From assembly GCA_032718475.1 (NCBI GenBank), contig JAUCBJ010006674.1, forward strand, positions 1-64,000: DNA of 64,000 nt, written 5' to 3'. A program made the translations under genes and the position numbers. The number at the start of each line of letters is the position of its first letter. The stretch's first letter is position 1. A model generated the notes under the pieces. That model had not been told where the DNA came from and did not search any database. It saw only the letters and a list, made by a program, of their open reading frames with translations. This DNA comes from Nemertoderma westbladi. Taxonomy: Eukaryota; Animalia; Xenacoelomorpha. Positions 38,179-50,258 of this stretch are shown piece after piece.

Positions 38179-39255
38179 TTAGTCTTTCTTGCGCAGACGG
38201 CGTTTACGCAGTTTTTTGAGGCTAGCAAGAGTCTTTTTCTCTTTGGGGGGAGCCACTTTACTAGGAGGGCCATAACTCCTGGGTGAAGGGTGCAATATGA
38301 TTGCATCAGAAGGTGTAGGATTGTGGTCGAGGTATCTGCCGTTTCGATATGCTTCTCCTCGAGCTGATTTTCCTCCGATCGTAGCTGGATACGTTCATCC
38401 AAAAACTCTCGCAGAGAATAGGATCGTCCAAGTTCGATAACTTCTTAGAGATTCTGGATTTCTCAATTGAATTGAGATAAGGACAATTCGTTTATCGATT
38501 GGACTCACTGGTATAACTTACGTTTATCTGAACAAACGCAGGTTTCCCTTTTGATCTTTATAAAATAGCGTTTAACTCGTTTCGTACAACGCTCTCCTTC
38601 ACCGTGATGAGGGGTTGCATCGCGTTAAACGTGGACGACCATACGGTTGGATAGTGATATTAGGTGTCCGCGTCACAATCCGGCTAGGTAAGATGGGCGG
38701 CTAGCTAGAAATCACTGTAGGAGGGTTACCGATTAATTATTAGGGTAGCACTAGATCTTGAACAGTGAATACCGTCCGCGAGGATCCGCGACACCACCAG
38801 GATCGCAGGTCTGAGGTCCAACTAAGGAATGAGGAGGTTTGACCGAGTATTCCGGGACTCTGATCGTAGGTTTACTCCAGGATCGTTCGAGCCGAGTGAG
38901 CATAGGTGATACGTCAACAAGTTTCGGTTTACATGGATGTTTATGTCTTTCCGTTTATTAGTTGGGTCTAAGGCATTTATCGTCATAATACCAAAGACGC
39001 ACGTCTGGTAGGGTAAACGCGGGTGATATTTATTTGTTGTTACAATGCTTCTATCAAGAATTCCAAATATACGTTGGAGTTACCGCGTCCATTTGTTTCT
39101 TAAGTGTCTTTTCTTTCGAGTCGATTTCGAATAGAATTTTCGCATTTGAATTTCCGTTTATGGTTCCGACTCCGCTGGGCAGGATATATAGTCGACATAG
39201 TCCGTATTGTGTAAATCGATAGGATGACAAGACCATCTTCTATCAACTCCGTCAC
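38179..39255 (-). pseudogene. Degenerate homolog of element ORF2
   Basis: Starts (V)TELIEDG, has QRSRN, ends SDAIILHPSPRSYGPP..KEKKTLASLKKLRKRRLRKKD*; frameshifts and stops in the middle. Confidence 0.75.
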
Positions 39256-40905
39256 ATCTGCTATATATGAGTTTATCCACATTATAATGAGTTTATATTT
39301 AGGCGAGCGGGCGTCGCTACCTACCCCAATCAACCCCGGACAGTACGAGATCCTCAGCGCCGATGTGTCGTAGCCGCTGTACTTTCGCCAACGACGTAGC
39401 CGCACAACGACAACGACAACCGGCACAAGTCACTCAACTGTCCGTCCCAAAGTCTTAGATGTACTTCAGGTTTTCCTTGGAGAGTTAGGTTACTTTACGA
39501 TTGCGACTGGCTACTGTAAACACACTTTAGTAGTAACATTCGCCTATAAACTCACAAGTACCACACACACAACTTGTCACAAATTACACACACTCGGGTC
39601 ACTTGTCCGTTAGTCAATGCCTTCCAGAATGTCACTGTATTATTATGTATCCTTGGATACTAGTCAGTGCGCTATTTATTCCCTATGTTATTCAATGGGA
39701 CAAGCTTTCTATTGTTCGTTTAACTCAATTCTAATTCTAGCGTGGTTGTTGCTATGGTGACATTATACAAAGCTAGCGGTAGAATTAGAGTAATTCCAAT
39801 GCATACAGATCTGGGATGTTATTTAATAGGAATTCTTTAATAGTCAATGTCCTGTTTATACATGACTTTAAGAATTTTATCGGCTATTAACTATGTTTGG
39901 GAGACTTTCACACTCTCATACGCATGATAAGATAAATCTCCGCTCCCTTGATCTATTAATTAATGGAATTTTGGGAACTTTATAAATTGCGTAAAATGGC
40001 AATTTATTAAATTCATTAAAAGGCATGAATTTAAATTTATTCCCTGAAATTTTATTATTTGATAATTAAATGGACATATTTTGATTCTAGAACATGTCTA
40101 GGGACACAAGATCCTTAATTCTAAAAAATTGTCTCTTTAAGAATATCGGTAAATGCTACGATATCTTAATTGACTAGAATTGTTGAAGGATCGGGATTTT
40201 ACAGATCTTGACTTATTAGATTTTGCAAATATTAATTAATTAATATTTGAGATGGGCACCGATTTATTCCAGAACTTGTCTGGGGACGTTAACCACTGAT
40301 TCTAGAATTTGTCTTTCAAGTATATCGGTGGGTGCCGCGATATCTTAATCGACTAGAATTACAGATGGTCAAAGAGTTTAACAGATTTATTTTGCGTTAT
40401 ACGCTACTGTTAAAGGGACATCACGCTACTATATGTATTATTTAATATACGGTATGAGAGCAATATCGCACGAAGCAATGTCAGTGTGAAGAGGCAAGTC
40501 GTTTCCAAGGTCTACCCAGAGCTTGGTTTAGCCGAGACACGAGGATCTGAACTTTGCATTCCTAATACTCTGCCTACCAATAATACTAAATATAGTAGTG
40601 GCTTTATTGTACTTTAATAAGTACAGACATTTCATCTTACTGTTGTTACGTATTTATAGTATAATACGGACAGTAAGGAAAGAGAAAAATAATTATCTCT
40701 TCGCCGTCGCACTAAATATAATATAAGTAATGACGTACGTAATAAACACGAATATATTGCACTATTCTACTAAATAATCGCAAAATAATATTCTACTAAA
40801 TTAAATAAAACGATTATAATAAAATTACATAGTAATACGTACATAAATATAAAAATAATAATAATAATATAAAATAATAGAGTCACACGCCCACTCCGAA
40901 CGATA

Positions 40906-41190
40906 TTAAGTTGGGGAGTCCCTAGATGTCGGTTGGATTAGGGAAGTGGTCGTGGGAAGAGTTTCTTGCCTTCCATAGTTTCCGGAGAGCTCTCTGTCTC
41001 TTTCCAGTAAACATAAACGACCCACTGGGCGATTGAGCTGTTGAGTCTCAAAGACTATCCCTGGTTTCTTAAAGTTCCGCCGCATGACGACGAGCTCTAC
41101 GGATCGCACCAAACCATCGCTCGAGATATAAGTCTCGATGATACGTCCTGTTTGCCATCGCTTACGTGGGAGATGTATCAGTTATCCCAC
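40906..41190 (-). pseudogene. BEL/Pao integrase C-terminal (DUF5641-like) fragment
   Basis: HLPRKRWQTGRIIETYISSDGLVRSVELVV...LNRPVGRLCLLE*. Confidence 0.8.
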
Positions 41191-41675
41191 AAAAGCTTTT
41201 ACAAATTTGTTGATCAATTTATTGTGCACAACCGAATCGAATGCTTTAGCTAAGTCAATGTACACCACATCAACTTTATGGCGAAAGTCTAATATCTTAA
41301 ACCATTCGTTTGAACAGGTTAAAAGCTGGGTGCATGTGGATCGACGTTTCATGAATCCGTGTTGTGCCTTCGTTATAATTTTATTCGTTCGTAAGTAATC
41401 AGGTAGTTCGGATTTAACACAGAGTTCGCTTGCTCGCTACACAGGTAAGTGAAACTGGGCAGTAATTGTATGGGTCAGTGGGGTTGCCCTTCTTAAATAT
41501 CGGCACAATATTTGCAGTTAACCACACAGTAGGTAAAGCATGAGTGACAAACGAGACATTAAATATAACAGACAACGGACTACATAAACAACGAGCTAAC
41601 TTAGAATACATGAAGCTAGGTAAACCATCTGGAGTATTACTCACTTTCGCATCAATTTTACGAAGTATAGTATAG
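41190..41675 (-). mobile_element. CR1-type LINE RT fragment
   Basis: PDGLPS..WLTANIVPIFKKGNPTDPYNYCPVSLTCV..QHGF..VDVVYIDLAKAFDSVVH. Confidence 0.8.
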
Positions 41676-42519
41676 GCTCATTCCATGAAAAGGTCAACCC
41701 CCCCCCCCCACTAATTTCGAAAAATGAGATGTAGCTTTGAATTTATACTTCTTTTAGGTCAAAATTTATCGTACTTCCTGAATTCAGTGCTAAAAATTGT
41801 ATCAACACAGGTGGTTTCTCAAAAATAGTCGAATTACAAATTATGTACCTGCTCTGCACAAAATGTGAATAAAAGTGTGCAAAAGTTTCGTTCCATGTTG
41901 GCACTTCCTATGACCAATAAATTAACATTTCTGAGCATGTACCAAATCAAAAACAAACCCTATTTCGAATTTTTTTGGTTTGATTTAATTTCACCAGTGT
42001 TTAATTCCTCTGTAATGAAATCGATAAAGTTAATCATGTGATGTCCCATACTTTACCTAAAATAGTGACATTTTTAGTTTATTCACAGAGATGTAACTCA
42101 GCCTAATCACCCAGTGGAATGCAAAGCACGTTTGTGTTGCGTCATCGTATAAAACAATTAGTTTCATCTTCACTCCCTCAGAAATATCATGGCGGCCAAT
42201 TGAAAATTGTCCCATACTTTACCATTAAAATGGCGATTATATTAGTGCACTGTATTAATGTAATATGTGAAGCCAGGAGTGTTATAATACTCTAAGCTCA
42301 TAGTCGGTCGTAAGAATAGGAGTCTATATTTGAACTGAGAATCATTCCTCAGTCAAGAAATCCTTGGGTTTATGCATGTAAAGTCCCATACTTTACCAAA
42401 AAATAGTGAAATTTTTAATTTATACACGGAGAAGTAGTCTAACACAGCCCAATCACCCAGTGGAATGCAAAGCTCGTTTGTGTTGCGTCATCTTAAGAAA
42501 CAATTACCTGTAGTTGAGA

Positions 42520-44400
42520 TTTATTTATTTTTATTTATACCGAGTGGTCGTACACATTAATTATAACAATAATTGCATTATTTTTAATTCGCAGGGTAAG
42601 CATTTAATAATTTCTATTAAAGGGATTTAGTTTTGAATGTTGATAATGAATAGTGCACTGATAGTAGTTGGCAGTAGCCGAAGCTAGTTTTGTCAACTGC
42701 TATCAACGACCAGTTCGGGGGGGGGGGGGGGGGGGGGGGGGGGTGGTACTAGCCTATCCAACCAGCAACAGCTCAGGCGATTTCCTTTTTCTTTTTCCCA
42801 CAAAGTACTGTATATTTATTTTACTTTTTATTCAATTAATTTAATTTGTATTTTTAGGATATGAAACTGGATAAAATCGCAATATTTTGTATTTTTTTGT
42901 AATTTTATTTTCTTGTATTTTATCTTACTGTAGCTCATTTATTAGTTTATTTTTTAATTTTCTTCCTAATGATTTTTTCGATTTACTTTGTTTAATATCT
43001 ACATCTAGCGTGTTCCAGACAATGACACCGTTATATTTTAATGATTTCTGTCCTTGTAGTAGTCGGGTCCGTGGTACATAGTAGTTTTTTCTTGTTGTTG
43101 ATCGTGTGTTGTAAGTATGTACAGTAGATGTTTGTTGAAACAACGAAGTGATAAAATTTTGTTTTTTGTTATTGTGGATTTCCCACATTAGTTTAGCTGT
43201 TTCAAGAAAATGCAGTTGTTCAATCGGTAGTATATCTAATTGTTTGTAGAGTGGTGATGCGTGTTCCCTGTAGTGAGTGAAGGTAATAGCTCTGACTAGT
43301 TTATTTATTTTAATTTTAATAGGTTTCGTATGTGTAGATTGAGCGTTACCCCAGATCACTATATACCGTAATTAATGTAAGGTTGTATCAGTGAACAGTA
43401 AAGTAATTTTAATATACGTAGTGGTAGAGTGTGTCGGAGTTTAAAAAATATACCAGCTGATTTTGAGATTTTCTTCAAAACATAAGCACAATGATTTTTC
43501 CAAGATAACTTTCTGTCTATCCAAATTCCTAAAAATTTTGTTTCATTTACATTTTTTATTGGTTGATTACGTATTTTTATATTATTGTGTTTTGTTTCTT
43601 TTTTATTTGTAAAAAATAGATACTCTGTTTTTTTAAGATTTAATGATAGTTGGTTGTCGGTTAGCCATAGATCAATTTTATGAAGTTCGGTATTTACAGT
43701 TTCAGTTAGTATTTCAAGGTCTTTGTGATTGTAAAGTAGGTTTGTATCGTCGGCAAATAAAGTTGAGTGAAGTGATGTACAGTTCGGTAAGTCGTTTATG
43801 TAAATTAAGAATAGTGTAGCGCTGAGTATAGCCCCCTGGGCTTTCGAAGGCTCGAAGGCTTTCTTAAGATCTATTGATATCAAACAGGCAGATTCTTGTA
43901 ATTCTAGGATATTTTGTAATTTTTCGGTTACAGTCAGTATGGCATCTGTTGTTGTAGATTGTTTTCGAAATCCGTATTGGTATTGTGAGAGTATGGAGTA
44001 CTTGTCTAGATAAGAGATGAGTTGGGAGTTGATTACGCGTTCAAAGAGTTTACTGAATACAGGTAATATTGATATGGGTCTGTAATTGTTTTTGTCAGTA
44101 GGGACGCCGGATTTAAAAACTGGGGTAATTTTAGCAGATTTAAGAGTGGATGGGAATGAACCGGTTTTAATAGAGAGATTTATCAGATATGTCAAGTGTG
44201 GTGCAATATCGTACGCTGCTAATTTAACTAGAGTGATGGGGAAGCTGTCGTTAGTTGAACTTGAGTTATTGAGATCTAGTATGTTGTAAATAGTTTCAGT
44301 GTTAGAGGTTTCAATAAGTGAGAAGGAGTTTGGTTTTTTGTGGTTTATATAACGTATTGGGTTTCTGTTTGTTGTACATGCACCACATAAGTCTGTAAGT
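42520..44400 (-). mobile_element. L2/Crack-group LINE, 5'-truncated, with 3' UTR and A-rich tail
   Basis: NYRPISILPVFSKLFE..QYGFR..IDLKKAF..FADDT..KFLGIWID..YCSLIQPYINYGI; 3' UTR stem-loop near 42665-42715 and (aaat)-like tail near 42520-42540. Confidence 0.88.
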
Positions 44401-45389
44401 GCTAACGCGGGATTTCCTTGGTAAAGTGACACCATACCAGTGATTTCTGAAAGTACCAATGTGCTAACTCAGTAACAGACTTTAACAACATTTAGCAACA
44501 CCAATTCTTCACCACCCGCAAGAGGGCTTAAGTGTTCTAAAGTGCTAACTTACTAAAAACACCAATAACAATAGTAATATTAGCAAAGTTAGGAGTTTGA
44601 AGTGATGGTATCTGTAAATCTTGGAAGATAATGATTAGGTGTTTTTGTGTTGAATATTTCAAGACACCACACATCATAAAATGCTAACTCATTATTCGTT
44701 CTTTGGGATGTGAAAGGATATTGAATATATTATAATATTTAATATTTAATCATTTGTTTCAAAAATATCAATATTTATTTAGTTTCAACAACGTCAATAG
44801 AATCAAAATATTTATATTAAAATTTATGTAACATTACAGAACATAGTTTTTCTAATGTTTCTTATAGTGTTATTGATTGTTTGAAAATCAAGATGTTCAG
44901 AATAAATGTAAATTACATTATTTGAACGTTACAAATTGGTTGGTAACATTATTTCAACGTTTCAAAATAATTATAAACTGAATTGGGGGGTGGGGGGGGG
45001 GGGGGGGGGGTGTACACACCAAATTTTATACTACCAAGTTTTTGCTAATTTCATTTGTGAAAATGTTCTCAAACATATAAAATATGTTCAATTAAAATAT
45101 TTTATAACGTTCTATATTTTTCATTTTCAAAATAAAATAGAGAATCCTAAAAAAATGTTCTCCTTTTTAAACAATAGAACATACATTTCTGCATTTCCAA
45201 TCGCTGAGTTTCTCAGGCTACCAAAGGGGGTCAGAACCTTAATGCGCATATAAGACAATGAATGCTTGTATTTATGGATGTATGTTACCACTATATGATT
45301 TCTGCTGATTGCAATTATTTATTTCTGAAACACATTGTCATCTATATTGTGATCTATGGTTGATTAAAAAGCAATAAACACTATAAACG

Positions 45390-46765
45390 TAATAAATAGA
45401 ATGCTGTGCCGGCTTGACGACAAAATTGAGCCACCACAACTCCCTACTGTATCACCCATGACATTTGCTAGATCATCCGAATCTTCAAGGCCAGTGTCCT
45501 TTAAGATGCGTCTCAAGAAAGTCATGGGCTGTCCACCATGCTTATTCACTCCATGAGGCTACCAAAGAACAAGATTATGCACTGACTGATCCACACGGCG
45601 AAAGCAATGTCCTGCATAGCGGAGGCGGGTTTGTTCTAGTGTCAAGCCTGGGGGAACCAATGAGACACCTCCAATGTTATATAGTGTCTGGTTGGAGATG
45701 TGTGGATTGTACTTGACACAGTGAACCCGGCGTAGCATTCTTGTGAATGTGCCATCCAGAGATTTGGTATCCTCTGCAGTTAGAGCCCAGCATGGACTCC
45801 CATAGAGGAGTACTGGAACTACTGCTGCTCTAAATAATCGTACCTTAAGATTCCGATTAATTCTATGTGACTTCCAAATCCTGGAAAGCCTATTCAAGGC
45901 TGCCCATGCCTTTCCCTTGCGTATTCAAAGGTCTCGCCTGACCTCCGGATCCATGAACCCTGGTGACAGAAGTCGTCCACATGCTCAAGCATACCATCCT
46001 TTGAGCTTATGCTCATCCGATCAGAGACTTGCTGATGACTTTCATAGTTAACTGTCAAAATTTTGGTCATTTTTGGAGTTAATAAAAAGACCAACACCAG
46101 AAGCAGCATGTTCTAATGAGCTGAGGAGCCGTTGGGCTCCCTCTAGTGATTCTGAGAGTACTCCTAAGTCATCAGCAAAGTCTAGATCAGTTAGGTACTT
46201 GGCAGGATTTCCTCGACTTCTGGAGCCAGTAGGTGGAGTTATCATCACCCCCATCATCATTATGATGATCTAGTGACATGCTTATAGTCAACCATAATTA
46301 TGAACAAGAATGGCGCAAGTGTGTCTCCCTGGAGGACGCCCCATAACACTTAAAGTGGTTCTGTGTCACCGTCAGCAGTAGACACAAATGTTGTCGAACC
46401 ATCGTATACTGATCTGATTGCTGCAATAATTGCCTTGAATAAGTCAACAAAGATAACAGCCAGATGCCTGTCTTTCTTTTTTGATCAATCTCTTCAATTA
46501 TCCTTCTAAGTACCAAAATGGGCTCCATGGTCTCACGACCTTTAAGGAACCCATTCTGATTTCCAAGGAGCAGTCTCTCAATGGGATCCAGAGGGATCAA
46601 TGGGATCTAGATAAGCTTTAAACACTCAGGTATTTTATAGACCTCAGGGGGACACCATCTACTCCACTACTGGCACGATTGGTTTTAATGCCCTTTGCAG
46701 CAGCCTTCACTTCTGCAAAGGAGATATAGCCAATGGGAATATCTGGGAGTACAGACTCAGAACAC
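45390..46765 (-). mobile_element. RTE-type LINE (frameshifted ORF2), interrupted by the LTR element
   Basis: QNGFLKGRET..LRRIIE; GVLQGDTLAPFLFII; DLDFADD; KVRLFRAAVVPVLLYGS..LRYAGHCFR. Confidence 0.88.
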
Positions 46766-48000
46766 TGTAAAAGCTTCTGTGGGATATAACTGGCCCCTTT
46801 TGCTTCGCAATCCAGTTTCCCCCCAGGCGCTGGAATACTCTAAAAAGGTTCTCTAACTGTATATATATTCCCCTCGCCCGCAAGGTACCGTTACAGGTGT
46901 TTTAACGGACATAAAAGTCATTCTGCTATATACGTGTTTTGGCGGACATGGTAAGGCAAAAAACCTGTAATGCACCAACTACCTTTCACAGCTTAGCCGT
47001 GATGATTCATATTACGACATCTAACAGCTGGTTGCTGACATGGAAACAGCCATTGGATGCATGGTTCTTTGTTTGGCTTGAGCCAATCAGAGCGATTTTT
47101 CCTGTCGACGTGTAGCTTTTCGGCCGATCATAAGGAGAGTGTTCAGTCTTACTGTTTTTACTTGATACTTTGTTGTTATTGCTGTCTAAGCCAGAAACAC
47201 CGGCTTTTTGGGAAGAACTCTAGTAAAACTGCTTAGATTATAGAAAGTATAACTGTTACCGGCGGTGTTACCTCACTTAATTTAACTGCACTAATCATAT
47301 TGTTTGTACTGCTATTTACCGTCAGTTATTAATTGTATCTATTTGTTGATGGAAATATTGCTCTTTGGAGAATACGGATAAATCACCCAAAATTCCCAAT
47401 TTTCTTGATACACTACAGGTTAGAGAGGCGGGCTATATATAACAATTGCGATTTATATCAATGTGGTGTGTATTGAATCTAATGTTATTTAGTAGACACT
47501 ACCTGAGTCAATTGCTGTTCTCTTTATGTGTGATCAAATATACTGACGGTCGGCAGAATAGTGTGCATGATTGTGAGTGTGATGTGACTGGTAACAAAGC
47601 ATTTCCTAAAGAATGCGACTTATACTTTAATCATAAGCCTTATCGTTGCGTTTAGTATAAGTCCTAGCTCTGTTTAAATAGATAGAGCGCCACGTCCTAA
47701 AGGAACTGTTAATATTTCCCGAAAGTTAATAATATCTGTCAGAAATTACATATTAGCGATCAATCGAATAATACAGTAGGCTTACACTGCAACCTTACAC
47801 TGCAATAATAAAATCTAAGCATCCGAATTCAGCCTCCCGGGTGTAGATCCATCGGGTGAATGATCGCGCATGGGCTGGCTTCGGCTAATGTTTTGTTTAT
47901 TAGCATAAAATATTGTCGTATGCTAAAGGTGTGTTAATTAACTAAAAGACATATAAATTTTGGCAGGTTAAACTGCTAAAGGTCTTCAAAAGCGCGAACA
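46766..48000 (+). repeat. 5' LTR
   Basis: TGTAAAAGC...AAGCGCGAACA; direct repeat of 57078-58312; CCAAT (~47083), Inr-like TCAGT (~47143), AATAAA (~47807). Confidence 0.95.
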
Positions 48001-50258
48001 GTAACAGTTACTTTGTATTGCAGTGTAGGCATTAAATACAGTTTAATACTGTTCTGTCGAACAGTAACAGTTATAATCTTATTGCAGTAGGCAATAGGGT
48101 TGCAAAATACCGTAGTGACTGGTAAAACTGAACCGGTGCTTCTGTAGGTCAGTAGGCCTAACTGTCATCACCGGTACCGGTACTGCTGTACAAGTACATT
48201 TAGTATTATTTCGATTGTGATCTATTGTATATTGTAGGCTGCCAGGGGAATAGGGATTGATCACCCCTCATTCTTTTGTATAGTTTACTTATTTCTGTCG
48301 GTTTTATTTACTAGTAGGCTAATATTGAGCAGAAGGCGTGTGACCCTGCTCAGATTGTTCAGATAATTGTAGGCTGAGCTGCTGTCTGACTGTTGTTGAG
48401 TTTGGAGAGATTGCGGTGTGTGTAGAGTTGGTCTGATAAAGTGCCGTTAGTAAGTTGGGGCAGCCATATGCTGAAGGTCAATCCCCTCTTAAAGAATAAG
48501 TCGTACTACCGTGTTAGAACGCATACTAACTAACAGTTTCAGAATCTGCATATACTGTAGTTTATTTAGGCTTGATTGTAGTCTGTCAGTGTTTTAGCCT
48601 GTGTTTGTTTGTGTGGTCTGTTCAGGTACCGTAATAGTTATTACTCAAATATTTGTAGGCTGGATTGTTGTCTAGCTATTTTTAGGTCTGAAGGGATTGC
48701 TGCGTGTGTAGAGTTGGTCTGATCAAGTGCCGTTAGTAAGTTGGGGCAGCCATAAGCGGTAAGGTCAATCCCCTCTTAAAGAGTAAGTCGTACTACCGTG
48801 TTAGAACGCATACTAACTAACAGTTTCAGAATCTGCACATACTGTAGTTTGTTTAGGCTTGATAGTAGTTTGCCAGCGTTTGGTTTGTATTTGTTTGAGT
48901 ATTCTGTACGGGTAGCGTAATATTTATTATTCAGAGTTTATGCGATTATTCGCAACATTCATGTCCCCAAGTTTATTCCTACAGTAATTGTGCTTGTTAT
49001 ACATACCGTTATAGTTAAACTAACCCCGGTACTACATCAGGGCTGCTCGGCGTAGGTAAAGACTGGAGATTTTGTGCTTCGGTCACTCCAGCAGATGCCG
49101 TGGTTCTTTTAACTGTTCAAGTATATTTAACTACTGATTATTTGTTATACCGGTACTTGTACCTAATTTAGGGTTTAGTGTACAGTGCTTTCCGAAGTAA
49201 TTAGTGTAGGCAGTATATTTGTGTTGTAAAGTGGTTGATAGGCACATTCGTTAGCTCTATTAGCTTCTGGGTAGGAACAATCCGTGATACATAACGTAGT
49301 ACCTATAGCGATACGGTTATAGGTCGTCAGGCGGTGGTATTTTCCTATCTGGACAGTACAATATATTTACTACTACTTATTATTTCAAATACCGTAGTAC
49401 CCTGTCCGTTGTAATACAGTAATAACCAGAATTCTAACCCTTTGTTAGGCTGGTTTGTAGACTTCCTGTAAAATTACCCTAAAAATTTCGTACGTAATAT
49501 TTTGTTGTGTTTAATTAGAGAATTAATCTCACCCATATCGTAAGTAATTTGTAGTATTAAGTAACTTAGGTAAATTAGAATTATCAGTTTTAGTGTCAAA
49601 TAAATAGCACTTCACTGAGAGGCGTTCAGCTTCTGTGTAGTGACTCCCCCAGAAATAATAACATTTATTTCAAATATTGACAAAAACCCATATAACGGGT
49701 ATATAAATATTATAAATCAACTCAAACGATTTATAAATAGTAGGCCTGCCATACAACAACTAGGTCTCAATATCAGTTGGACTACTGCTTAAATAACGGT
49801 AGTAGAGTAAGTTAAAGTAACCAAGTAACCCTAAAAATATTCAGAAATTCAATTATTCTAAAAATAATTGACATACCGGTATTTACCATAGGCTTATTAT
49901 ATTTATCTCTATAAATTTGAGCTGAAATCATACCGGTACTCTGTAATTAATTCTAGTTCATAATTATACTTATATATAATATAGGTGTAAGCTGTCTACC
50001 GGTATTCACGATAGGCCTATTATATATTTATATATATTTGTGCTAAAAATTATATACCGGTACTCTGTGACAAATCTAGTCTGTAATAATACTTATATAT
50101 ATATTATAAGCATACCGGTATTCTAATATATTATATATATATCACGCTACACTGAGCAGCAGTATCGGTAATTAATTATTAGGCTAACAGTGATACTGAA
50201 TTACTAGACTTACTTTAACTGTATTTATAGCCGTAGGCATTCAACTGTGTAAACAAAC

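Larger units (their letters stand above)
36871..41190 (-). mobile_element. BEL/Pao LTR retrotransposon, 5'-truncated inverted copy (same family as 46766-58312)
   Basis: Integrase C-terminal tail, conserved spacer, degenerate ORF2, PPT-region ctgggagcgg and a complete 3' LTR, all homologous to the full copy. Confidence 0.88.

Noticed and set aside
47143-47157. Pairing of TTACTGTT next to the Inr-like site with AACAGTAA at the LTR end as the self-primer
   Set aside because: Only 8 bp, half inside the LTR (wrong geometry), and not conserved in the second LTR; the 47250-47259 match is better
47446-47655. Duplicated 69-aa gene (also 57758-57967)
   Set aside because: Identity merely reflects the two LTRs; non-ATG start and no recognisable motif
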